Part shown: positions 21,401 through 32,542 of the stretch, one piece after another
Layout of the letters: every line of letters starts with the position of its first letter
Numbering within the stretch: position 1 is the first letter of the stretch
NCBI GenBank assembly: GCA_000388065.2
Contig: KB932209.1
DNA: 63,994 nt
Source: Fonticula alba ATCC 38817
Lineage: Eukaryota > Protista > Nucleariida
Reading direction: 5' to 3' (one strand)
Notes under the pieces: model-generated
The model's database searches: none
Told to the model about the DNA's origin: nothing
The model's input: only the letters and a program-made list of their open reading frames with translations
Made by a program: the position numbers and the translations under genes

Positions 21401-23220
21401 TGACGCACCTTCACCACGTTATCCTCTCGGCCTTGTGAGCCCGTTTTTCAACCCGAGGCAGGGGCCACAAACAAGAGCGCGGGGGGGCAAACGTCCCCAA
21501 GTCATGTAGGCTCCCCCGGGGGTGTATGAGTTCCGAAAAGCGGCAAGGGGGAACGGGGCAGGCGCGCTGAGACCCCCCCCCCCCCCCCCCGGCTGCCCTG
21601 GCGTTGGCCCTCTGCGTTCAGGCGCGGCGACCGGCACGCCACGCGTCGTAGCCCTGGCGCGGCGTCCGCCCCTGACCCAGGCTCGCCCGGCAACCAGGGC
21701 ACAGCCGAAAGGCCAGGGGGGGTAAACTTAGGGCCGGCGGCCACGCCTTTGCCGGCCTTGTGCCAAGGCTAGGGGCCTTCAGCCCGTTCCCCCCCCCCCC
21801 GGTGGGATGGTGTATTGTGTGTGTCTATGAGGTCGTCGACCGGATGTGGCCTGCTCCCTCCGGGCGTTCTCCGCCTCGGCGGGGGAGTTCCCCTGGCGCC
21901 TACTCGCGTGCTCATACTTGCCCGGAAGCCGCACACCATCGGAATGCCGGAGGAATGCCCCTCCTAATCCAAGCAAATTGCGCCCCCCGGGGCGCCGGTG
22001 TTTCACTGGGACCGCGCTCGGGCAAACGGCCTGAGCGACCGGCGCCTCCGGCGCCCTTTTCCGCCTTTCGTCCCGGCCCGCGGTGTTCCCTCATCATCGC
22101 CCCCGGTGCGTCTGGACGTTCCTCGGTCTTGACAGCTTGCATGCTCCCCCGCTCGGGTTGTTCGCTCCCGTCCCTCCCCCCGGCCCCCCCCCTCGCTCCC
22201 CGCTGCCCACGACCCGGAAAACGCGAAAGCCCCCGCCGGACGCCGTCCGTCTCGACCATTCCCTCCCGAGTGGACCCCAGCCCGGATGCCCCGCCTTCCG
22301 GCCTCCCCCCCCCCTTTCAGCTGTGGCTTTTATCATTTCACGGATGGCCTCCCTGCCCAGCATTTCCGGAGGGCAGGCCAACGCCCCCTTTTGGCTCGCA
22401 TTTCCACGATCGCCGATCACGACACCGACATCACGGATGCCAAATCAATTGCACACATGACATCGCGGGAGAGGTGCCAATGGTCGTGGCCTCAGTCTAG
22501 GGGTCTGTATTGGGTGCGCTTTCAGCCCCCCCTCCCCCTCGCGGAAAGGGGGGAGGGATGAAAGCGGGAGAGAGAGAGAGAGAGAGAGGAGGGGGGTGAG
22601 CCCGCTCCTATGTGCCTCGGTGTACTTTTGCCAGCGAACGGACAACCGGGGGCCGAACGATGGGGCAGGCAAGGGGCCGCGCCAGCGCGTCAGAGAGCAT
22701 CCCCCCGAAGAGGGAACGGGGGAATGGCGACGATCTATATGGGCACGAGCGCACGCCGAGCGGCCGCGCCCCCTGCGCGTGCCTCCATCCTTCGCACCGT
22801 TCTTCTCTCGGCAAATGTCGACAGCGTGGCGGCGAGGCACAGGGAGGAGGGAGGAAAGAGACAAATATGGGACACAGTAAAGGGGGAAGGGGGCAAGGAC
22901 AAATGTGTGTGTGTGTGTGTGTGTGTGTCTGTGTGCGTGTGCGCGGAGCAGGTGGGAGGAAAGGGGGCCATCCTTGGTAGGAAGGACATGCTGATTGTCA
23001 TCCGTGCGGAGGGGAAGTGGGCAGCAGCAGCAGCAGAGGGAGGGAGGGGAGGGGGGGGGGGAGATGGGAGAGGGATATACATCACGACCCACCAGCACGC
23101 GCTCGGAGAGGAAGATAGACGCGCCCCTGGGGGTGGTGAATGAGAGAAGCGAGCCCCTGGCCCGTCTCCCGGGACTCCTCCCGCCGCCCCCCCCCTGCTC
23201 CGGGTGAGACTCGCCGATGG

Positions 23221-25773
23221 CTACTTCTGGATGGGAGGGTCGTCGTTTTCCTCGAAGAAGACGCTCGTGTCGGTCGTAGACTCGGCCGCCGAGGAGGAGG
23301 GCTGCTGCTTCGAAGCCACGGCATGCGGGGCGGAGTCCAGCCAAGTGGGGTCCAGCATGGTGCCCAGGTCACCGGAGCCGAACATTCGGCCGGCCCCCGC
23401 GCCGGGGTTACTCGGATCATACGACCCCCCATCAAGGAGCGAGGACATTTTGCCTCCGCGAGTGAGGAGCTGCAGCAGGGGGGCACTCATCGGCGGCGAG
23501 TCCGGCGACAGGGAAAACTCCCCGGACAGTTCGCTCGCAACGTGGGCTCGAGCTGCCAGGCCAGAGGTGGGCTCATCTGCATGCGAGTGATGGTCGCCCG
23601 GCGAGGTGGCCCCATCGCAGGTGTCGCGCGGCTCGGCCACACCATCCTGATCGCTGCCAGGCACAGGAGTGCCCGCGGCCGGGGGGGTGTCTCGGCTCTC
23701 AGCATCGGACGCGGGGGGATTCGGGTTCAAGCTGTCCCAGTTGAGAGCATCGTGTACCCAACTGGACGGAGCACGCCGGGGGAGGACCGCCGCGCGGTTG
23801 CTGATGAACATGTCGTCCGGGTGCAGGCGCACCGCGCATGGCAGATCACTGGCATGCAGGCCACACCGAACGCACAGGCCGGCCGACAGGCGCTCATGAT
23901 ACGTCCGCGAGGGGATGGACAATTGGCCGTTCATGAAGTAGATGTTGAAGTCCGCGAGCAAGGTTGGACAGGTGGTGCTCGAGGGATGCTGGAAGCAGAA
24001 GGTACACACGGATGACCGGGTGTATGGCGATGGAGGGAGCTGGAAGCGCAAGCGCGCGTCGTGGGATTCCGTCAGCAGACGCAGGCGCAAGCGCGGGTCC
24101 ATGTTGAGAGCCGGGTTCCGCCGGGGATGGGGAAGATGCAGCTCATCCGGCGGGAGGTAGGGCAACCGCGGAACCGAACTGCCATGGACCACCGGCAGGG
24201 CGAACTCCTCACGCAAGGTGGTCCCCTGAACCAGAGGGCACGGCCGATCCGGCGGGTGCGTGCCACAATCCATGCAGAGGTTCTCCACCCAGCGCCGGGC
24301 ATACTCGAAGAGGAGATTCGGCTGCACGGTATCCGAGCCGGTGGGAATGGGCCGGCGTCCGCATGCCGAGCAGGGCAGCAACGGCGCACCATGGCACTTG
24401 CCACACAGATGCGCCCCGAACAGCCGGGGGAAGTACTCCACCACATCCCAATTGACCAGATTATCCGGGCGAGTTGAGCGCCGGGCGGAGGCTCGCGCTT
24501 CGGAGATGGTTCGCGCCACATTGCTCGACAGCGGGGTCTCCCGGTGATTGAGCTGCGGCTTGATCGGGTACCGCTGGCGCATTGGACAGGGGATGGAGGA
24601 TGAATGGAGGCCGCAATTGATGCACAGGCCGTAGCGCTGTCGGCGGGAAATTTCCCCGGGCAACTGCTCCCGGTGTTGGTTCACGGCGAGGGTACCCTCA
24701 CGCAGGAGCTTCGGACAGAGCTGATCCGCCGGGTGGGAGCCACAGTAGGTGCACAAGAGGGAGAAAATGCGCCGGTGGCGCTCGGCCGTCGAGAGACTCA
24801 TACGCCCGGGGAACAGGCTGGATGGCACGAAGTTCCCCTCGACACTGGCCATCGACCGACGGTGATGGGGACAGGGCTCGGTGATGGGATGCCCGGCGCA
24901 CATCAGACACACCCGAGCCCGAACACGGGCCTCCATCTGCTGCCGGGTCAGGGACACCGTGCCGTAGATGAAGATCTGCCCCCGGCGCAGGAGCGATGGG
25001 CACACCTCATTCACGGGATGCCCGCCGCAGTAGGGACACAGGCGCTGCTGCAGGCGCAGGCGCTGGTGGAATGGCCGGACCTTCAGCACTCCAGCCTCAT
25101 TGGTATACATGTGGCGATAGAAGTGCGGCCGGCAGAGCTCCTCCTTCGGGTGCATGCCACACCGGGGGCAGAGCCCTTCGGCGGCCCGCTCGCGTGCCAC
25201 CTCCGGCGTCACAAAGAGCACTGGCCGCAGGTTCGAACGAAGCGGCGAGTCGGCCAGGGGATTTGAGTGGACCAGCAGCCCGAGGGGGTCTTCCTCCAGG
25301 GCGGCGGGATATCGCCGAGGGCAGGGCAGGCTTTCGGGATGGTCGCCGCAAAAGGCACACAGGGCGGCCTTCTGGCGTCGGGCCATCTCCTGTGCCAGGA
25401 GGGGGGCCGTCGAGGGCGGGGTTCCATATGGACAGGGGGTGCGGCTGCTGTGCGTGCCGCACAGGAGGCATCGCCCGGCGGCCAGGCGGCTGGCCGTGGT
25501 GGCGGAGGTGATGAGCATCTGTTCCCGCGGCAGCCGGTGCGTCGGGTCCCAGGTGGTTGGCAGTGAATCGGGGCGCTCATATCGAGAGGGGGTGCCTTCA
25601 GCTCGACGAAGGAGCGAGTCACGCGACTCGGGTAACTTGCTCGGTGCCAAGGTGGTGAACATGGTCAGGAAGTCCGGCGCGTCGGGCGGACGGACAAGCC
25701 GGTTGGGGAGGGAGGCCGACCCAGAGCTGGACGGAGTTCTGCGCACATTCGTCATCATTGTAGGCGTGGTCAT
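23221..25773 (-). CDS. Intronless 850-aa protein with ten C-x2-C-x2-H-x5-C zinc-knuckle-like repeats plus one C-x2-C-x7-C-x2-C module
   Basis: Long ORF with ATG in gccATG context. The ten repeats have identical 13-residue spacing (23836-25470). The termini are Pro/Ser-rich. Confidence 0.85.
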   Translation of the reverse strand: MTTPTMMTNVRRTPSSSGSASLPNRLVRPPDAPDFLTMFTTLAPSKLPESRDSLLRRAEGTPSRYERPDSLPTTWDPTHRLPREQMLITSATTASRLAAGRCLLCGTHSSRTPCPYGTPPSTAPLLAQEMARRQKAALCAFCGDHPESLPCPRRYPAALEEDPLGLLVHSNPLADSPLRSNLRPVLFVTPEVARERAAEGLCPRCGMHPKEELCRPHFYRHMYTNEAGVLKVRPFHQRLRLQQRLCPYCGGHPVNEVCPSLLRRGQIFIYGTVSLTRQQMEARVRARVCLMCAGHPITEPCPHHRRSMASVEGNFVPSSLFPGRMSLSTAERHRRIFSLLCTYCGSHPADQLCPKLLREGTLAVNQHREQLPGEISRRQRYGLCINCGLHSSSIPCPMRQRYPIKPQLNHRETPLSSNVARTISEARASARRSTRPDNLVNWDVVEYFPRLFGAHLCGKCHGAPLLPCSACGRRPIPTGSDTVQPNLLFEYARRWVENLCMDCGTHPPDRPCPLVQGTTLREEFALPVVHGSSVPRLPYLPPDELHLPHPRRNPALNMDPRLRLRLLTESHDARLRFQLPPSPYTRSSVCTFCFQHPSSTTCPTLLADFNIYFMNGQLSIPSRTYHERLSAGLCVRCGLHASDLPCAVRLHPDDMFISNRAAVLPRRAPSSWVHDALNWDSLNPNPPASDAESRDTPPAAGTPVPGSDQDGVAEPRDTCDGATSPGDHHSHADEPTSGLAARAHVASELSGEFSLSPDSPPMSAPLLQLLTRGGKMSSLLDGGSYDPSNPGAGAGRMFGSGDLGTMLDPTWLDSAPHAVASKQQPSSSAAESTTDTSVFFEENDDPPIQK

Positions 25774-28520
25774 GGCATGAGGGGGAGGGGGGATGGGGTC
25801 AGATCGCGCGGGGCATCGGCCCAGCCGGAGACCGGTCCGTGAGGGCGGGAAGAAGGAAGAAGAGGCAAAGAGGGCAAGGGAAAAGCAGGTGGGAGTGACA
25901 CGAACGGGAAGTTGCCTCGGCGGCCAAAGGAGCCAGCAAGCCAATGTGAGCTCGAGGACCTGCTGGCATCTTTGTTGGCACCACCGCTGCCACGCGAGTC
26001 GGATGGCGGATTGCTCGCATTGGGAAGAGCCCTGCCGGGGGGCAGCGACGCCGGCGTCATAAAAGATCGTCCACTAAAGTGCCGAGCGCCGGTCACAGAG
26101 GGACCAGTCAGCAGGACATGCACCGCGGCCGGCGCCGGTGGGGGGGACGTGTGCAAGGCGCGAGCATGGGTGGCCAGGGTCCACATCGGGGGGAGGAGGA
26201 GCTCGTCAAAGGGGAGAGGAGAACGCCTTTAGCGGCTTCCAGCCTCGAGCTGAGGAGCGGGCAAGGACCAGGTCAGCTGGCTGTGGCCTCCAAGCCCAAA
26301 AAGGTGCGTGTTCACACGCACATACACGCAGGAGGCCGAGCTAAGACAGGCCTTTGTGCGTGCGTCGGTGCGTGTGTGTGCGTGTGTGCGCGCGGGGGGA
26401 GGAGGGGAGAGGCAAAGGGAGAGGGGGCGGCAACATACAGCAAGAAAGGTGGCTGGCGTGTGTGGTCCGCAGAGGTGCTGACTCAAGGGAACAGGCCGCT
26501 AACGGGAGGACTGCCTTGGCGGAAGGTACAGCAGCAGCGCAGAGGGTCAGAGTCCATGGGGCCGGTGTGAATATGGTGGTGGTGGTGGCGGTGGTGGTGG
26601 GGGTGGGGGGGGGGCGAGGACGATAGGGGGGTCGCTCGTGGCCAATGCCGCACCCATCAAAATCAAAGAGAGACGAGACCCACAGAAGGGGAAAGCCGGG
26701 GCGAGATGCACACAGGAGGTGCTCAGGCCCGCACGGAGGTCGGCAACAGCGATCGGGCTCGCGGGCGGGCGGTCGTGCTTGGCACAGGTCCGGGAGGAGG
26801 GCAGGGGGGAAGAGCGCAGCCGGAGAAAGAGCAAGGAGGGGGCCGCAGGAGCAGGAGCAGGAGGAGAGAGAGGGCGACAGCTGCAGGTGCGCTGGGGGGG
26901 GGGGGGGGGCCCGGGGGGTTGCAGCTGTTGGTGCTGTTCCGGCGCCGGAGGCCGAAGCGNNNNNNNNNNNNNNNNNNNNNNNNNNNNNNNNNNNNNNNNN
27001 NNNNNNNNNNNNNNNNNNNNNNNNNNNNNNNNNNNNNNNNNNNNNNNNNNNNNNNNNNNNNNNNNNNNNNNNNNNNNNNNNNNNNNGATGGCGCTGACCG
27101 TGCTGTTCTCCACCTTCTTGCAGGTGGGCTGGGGGGGGGGGGGAGGGTGGGCAGGGAGGGAGCGTGGGGACAGGCGACAGGGGAGGGGGGCAGGGGGAGG
27201 CAGCGGCGGGGGGACTTGAGGGCTTACTCGGAGGCAACGCGCCAGACCCACGGCCCCATGAAAATACCCACACCCGGAGGACAGGGCTCGACTCTTGGGA
27301 GCTGGCCCTGGGGGGGGGGCGGTCCTCCCGAGAGGAGGGACTCCCCGCACGCGCGTGTGTACGTGCATGCTGGGCCATCATTGGTTCCTGTCCTTGGCGG
27401 GGGGGGGACGAAGCGGGGGAGCCTGCACACGCGCCCCTCCGGCTGTGCTCGCATGCATGCATGCGAACCCGCGGCACTCAGACACATGGGAGGAATCTCC
27501 AGCTTAGAAGCCGGGAGATTCTGGGAGCCATCCCGGAGCGTGGGCATAAGCCCAGAAGCCCGGGCGTCGGAGGGCACGCGCGAAGTCTCGCATGGGTGGC
27601 GGATGTCCAGGCCAGATCTGGAGGGCCCTTTTCGGGCCTCCCCCTGCTGTGCCCGGATGACGACCACGGCCGAGAGCACACCAACTCTGATCCACCCTTG
27701 CACGTCCCCCCCCCCCCCCCCCCCCCCGACCCCACGGCGGTCCAAAGCAGCCCACACCAAGCCCCGCCGACCCCAGGTCGTCCTCGTCGGTTGGGGACGA
27801 GCAGCCACATGCATGCTTTTTTCTCAGCACGGAATACGCTGCGCCAGCGACCTAAAGTCTTGGACCTAAACCTGTCAGAATAACGCACCGTTCTAACATT
27901 GGAGACCGCGATGAGTATCATTCGAGATTGCAGAAAATGTTGCGAGGATCTGGTTTTTCCCATCTTCCCCCGGACCATGTGTGGTAGCGGCGCGCTTGGG
28001 GCATCCTCCCTGGCCGGGGTGTGGCAGACCGGCTGGGGGCCCGCATACCACCCTGCCGGACGTGGCCTCTGACGCGATCGACAAGGCGACTCCAGGCTGA
28101 CCATCCCTCCCACCCTCCCCCTCGCCCTCCCCTTCGCTCCCCCCCTTCGCTCCCCCTCGCCCCCCCTCGCTCCCCTCGGCCTTCTGGCTGACTCTCCCTC
28201 TCCCCCGCCACAGACACAGCCTCCGGCCCCCTCATGGCGAGCCCTTTCCTCCGTCCAGGACAGTCCATCTATCCTGCGGGTCGTCTTTTTGGTGATGGGA
28301 TGTCGAGCCAGGCCCAGTACTGTAAATGTATGTGTATATGTCTATTTCAAAGTGCCGAGAGGAGAGCCGCGCTCGCGGGGTCTCCCCTCCTGGCGCGCAT
28401 CTGTTCGCGGTATTTCCGACTTTCCCCCGCCGCTCCCGAAGAACGAAAGAGGGACCCGGTGATGGAGGCGGCGCCGGGGACTGGGTGTAAAAAAAAAGAA
28501 GGACACCAACCAGGCATATT

Positions 28521-29135
28521 CTAGTTCGAGCGAGTCGGGCCGACGCCCGGAAGCTGGTTGCTTTGATCGTCAGATGCAGCCCCTCCAGGGGGAAGGGCAT
28601 CGGCCCTGGCTCCGGCTCCGGCTCCGGCCCGGCCGGCGCTCAGTTGCGGGGTCAAGTCCGACGTGGCGGACGGGGTGAGAAGGACGTGCTCGCCATCGGC
28701 CACGTAATCCACTCCGTGCTCGTTGATGGCGGCCAGCAGCTGGGGCACGGCCCCGGCCTCCCCGTCAGCCAGACGGTACCAGAGATCGGGGTCCGGGGCG
28801 CCACTGGCAAGCGTGGCTCCGGCCTTGGTGCAGGCACGGGCCAATTCCATCACCTGTTCCGGTGTGCCGAACTGGGCAGTTTCGGCCAGTAGGCGCCGGG
28901 CGGTCCGGGGAGCTGGCCGGAGGAAGGCATCCTTATTCATGAGCTCCACCACCCGGGGAAGCTGCTCCAGCCGGGGGGGCCCGATCTCATGGCGGGTGGC
29001 CATATGGAGCAGAAGTGACTGGGTCACTGCATCTGGCCGGTGCTTGGATTTGCCAAACCAAATGGTTCGAGTGATGTCGTGCATGATTTCCATGACCTCG
29101 AAAGCCTAGGGCATGATTTCCCGCCACATATATAA

Positions 29136-29171
<36 letters not shown>

Positions 29172-31012
29172 ATGTAGATGGGTGAGCTATCGATCGAGTG
29201 TGTAGATACACGGGCTGCCACCGTGTCAGGGGGACGTACGTAGTCATAGTTGTGCGTGCGCATGCAAACCTCCAGCATGCTGTTGTAGACGTGGCGGTTG
29301 GGCAGGAGGAAGGGCTTGGTTGTCATGTACTCGAAGTACTTCTTGGCGCGGCGGAATCTTCCACACTTGCCGCTGGAGAGGTGGCATGGCAGGCAAGTCA
29401 GACGCGATTCGGTCCATGCGTTCGCGGGGGAAGAGAGGCACAAGCGCGGCGCCGGCATTTGGGGTGCTCTTCCCGCCGGGGAAACATACCTGGCTCGGAT
29501 CATCTCGTGGTAGGTCCAGGTATCGGGCGTCAGCTTGAAGTCCTTCATGGCCTGGAAGAGCTCGTCCACCGTACGCCACAGGCGCCGTGTCAGGGGATCA
29601 GCCACGCGGAAGGAGGGGGCCGGCTGCATGAGAAGCACACAGCCACGAATGAGCAGATCAAAAGTGACACGTGTCGGCTTGGCACCATGGTCCAACATTT
29701 GCCGGAGCGTGTCGAAGGCGGCCGGCAGGTCACGCTGTCGGAGGTCCCGATGCATGGGGGGTGGGGGGGGTGGGGGAGGGCGAGAATGCGGCAGACAAGC
29801 AAGGAGCACACACAGGGGGAGGGGGGTGGGGGGGTTCGCAGCGGGCGGGAAGGGGGGGGGGGGGGGGGGGGTGGGGGGGGGGGGGGGGGGGGGGGGGGAG
29901 GGGGCGATGCATGGGGGGGGGGGGGGGGGGGGGAGGGCGAGAATGCGGCAGACAAGCAAGGTCAACACTCGGCCACTGCCCAGGATGGGCATCCTCTTCC
30001 GGTGAGATGCCCTCATTCGTGAGGGGTCCCAGCGGCCGGGACACAAGGAGGCAGGGGAGAAAGGGCACGTACCCGCTCAACATGGTCATGGATGAGAGTG
30101 TCCCAGTTCTCGCCGACGACCCTGAACATGGCCTTGCGGAATTTCTTGACACTGTCGGCCGTCGGGCCGAGGTAGCTTTCGCCACCGACCTCGGGCATCA
30201 TGCCGGCCTCGGCCGCGGGATCGACACGACGGAAGTCCCCGTTGTCGGCTGCCTGTTCGCCCGGACCGTTGGCCGCATACTCGGCTGCCTCAGCTCGCAT
30301 CCAAGTCCGGAAGAGGCCGTCGTCCAGGTCCGAGTCGTTCATGTCGTCCTCCACCTCGGCCACATGCGCCAGGCGCCCACTGCGGGCAGCCTCCGACAGG
30401 GACCGGTACGCCTCATTCACCTGGAGAAAGCGCCGGGCATTCTGGCATTGGCAAACAGTGCCCCGAAGGGGAGGGAGGTAGTTAGACGCTGGTGCGTGCG
30501 TGTGTGTGTGTGTGTGTGTCTATCTGCGTGTGTCCACCTACGGCACCCCAGCAGGAGGGGCAATCGTGACGTACAGTTTCGCGCTCCTCCTCAGTGACAG
30601 CCTTGTCGGGATGGAGCTGGATGGCCAGACGGTAGTATGCACGACGAATTGTTCTGAGATGTGTGCAGCACAGCGGGTCAACAGGATGGGACGCATGGGA
30701 TGAGGGGGGGGGGGCGATTGGGAGAAGCGAGGGGGAAGGGTAGAGAGAAGAGGGTCAGGAATCGACGTACGTCATCTCCGAGGTGGGATTTACCCCAAGG
30801 ATCTTGAATGGGCTATCCTCATCCTCGGCGGAGCCCCACACGTTGGAAGAGTCGTCCGGGTGGGCAGCCGAGCAGGAGGGCGACCAACGGAAAAAACGCC
30901 GGTTGATGGCGGTGGCAGCCGGGAGGGCAGCCGGCCGGGCCGGGGGGGTTGCGACAAGCCGCACCAGGGGCGTGCGCAGGGCGGACCCCCTGGTGGCCAG
31001 GAGAGAGAACAT
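28521..31012 (-). CDS. J-domain (DnaJ) plus pentatricopeptide-repeat protein, probably mitochondrial, about 550 aa, 6 exons
   Basis: Exons 31012-30771, 30653-30575, 30441-30073, 29734-29490, 29372-29240 and 29105-28521; all GT-AG and phase-consistent. Arg/Ala/Leu-rich presequence. J domain SPFKILGVNPTSEMTTIRRAYYRLAIQLHPDK...FLQVNEAYRSLS. PPR motifs NWDTLIHDHVERRDLPAAFDTLRQMLDHGAKP, TRVTFDLLIRGC, PDTWTYHEMIRASGKCGRFRRAKKYFEYM and PNRHVYNSMLEVC. Confidence 0.88.
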
Positions 31013-31524
31013 CGGGAGGCGAGGAAAGGGAACTGGCGAGAGAGAGGGGTCCCGCGCGTGTGTCTATGGGTGTGTGTGTGTGNNNNNNNNNNNNNNNNNN
31101 NNNNNNNNNNNNNNNNNNNNNNNNNNNNNNNNNNNNNNNNNNNNNNNNNGGATGATTTCTCCCTTGCGATCCTCCCCCTTGGGGTTTTCTCTGGCGGATC
31201 CCCCCCCCCCCCCCCCGGTTCTCGGCCGATGATGCGTGGCGCCAGTGGGGGCAAGGGTGGCCTGACCGGAGGGGGATCATCGAATCGGACTTCGGACAGG
31301 TGAGGCAGAAGAGGCTCCGATCAGGACAAGCAGGAAAGAATGCCGACGCCCTCCGAGCAAAAGAGCGCCATATGGGCTACCCTGTTCATGAACGAGTCGT
31401 TCCCAATCAATGGGAGGGGGGGATTGTATTGGGTATGGTGCCGGCGATAGCTGGCGGGCTGTGAAAAAAAAAGGGAGAAGAGAGGGGCAGGCGAAGGACG
31501 GCAGTCCGAGATGAGTCCGTGTCT

Positions 31525-31987
31525 TTAGGAGGAATAGAACTCCAGAGCCTTTTCGATGTCGGAGATGGCTGGCAGAAGGTGAGCAGCCAGGCCGTTGCGG
31601 GTGAGCTCGAAGGTGTGGTGCTGGGTCTGGGGCGGGGATGGGGCAGGGTCGACAGAGCAACGAGGGGAAGGGCGTCAGCACAGGGAGGGGGCGTGCGGGC
31701 GTGCGGGCGTGCGGGCGTGCGGGCGTGCGGGCGTGCGGGCGTGCGGGCGTGCGGGCGTGCGCAAAGAGCACATGGGGTGAAGGAGGGCAACGCACAGCTT
31801 CAGAGGCGTCGGGGCTCAGAACAGCGAGCTGCACGAAGGAGGTGGTCAGATCGGCATTGCTACCGCCCGGCGAGGTGGGGCCTTCACCATCGAGGGCGGC
31901 CTGCGAGGACCAGGTGACGGCGTCCGTACGCCAGCTGATGGACTTCAGGGAAGGACCCATGAGGTTGGTGGATGTCGAATTGGACAT
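31525..31987 (-). CDS. COMM-domain protein (Commander complex subunit-like), about 97 aa, 2 exons; extra 5' exons possible
   Basis: Exons 31987-31796 and 31626-31525 give ...LKSISWRTDAVTWSS...SFVQLAVLSPDASEATQHHTFELTRNGLAAHLLPAISDIEKALEFYSS. The W-R motif and the 'FEL' segment are typical of COMM domains. Confidence 0.7.
31691..31760. repeat. (GCGTGCGG)n octamer repeat, about 9 copies, in the COMM gene intron
   Basis: Direct sequence. Confidence 0.95.
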
Positions 31988-32542
31988 GGGGAAGGACAGG
32001 GGGGGGGGAGAGGGAGGGAGGTGCGAGTAGGGTGCAAGAGGAGAAGGAGGATGCTTGCTCGGTCGCCATCCGGCTTTGGGGATGCTGCTTCGGCACCATT
32101 TCAGGAGCACGAGCCCCCGTTGCGGTGGGGGGGCGGGGAAAGGGGACGCTGCGCTCCGGTGCCCTGTCCCGTACTTGCTCCGGCGGTCGGCCCTGGGGAA
32201 ATAACAAAGCATCCTTTCGTTGGCACTCCGCCATAGCCCACCGTCCCCAAACCTGAGATGATTCTCTGCGGATAATCGGTTTTCTGTTCCGGGTCCTGTG
32301 TGTTGTCTTCGGCCTGCTGCTCGTGCGGATGTGCATAAATGTGTATGTGTGTCTGTGTCTGTGTCTGTGTGTGTGTGTGTGTGGACGTGCCTGTGCGCGG
32401 GGGAGAGGGGTGGGATGGAGGACAAAAGGGTGCCCACCCCCCGATGCGTCGGCGCCCACCCCGAACATTCGCGCTCTCCTGAACCCTGCTGCCCTTCTCC
32501 CCTCACGAGTGATCCTCTTGCTCGCGCATTGCCGCCCTCGCC

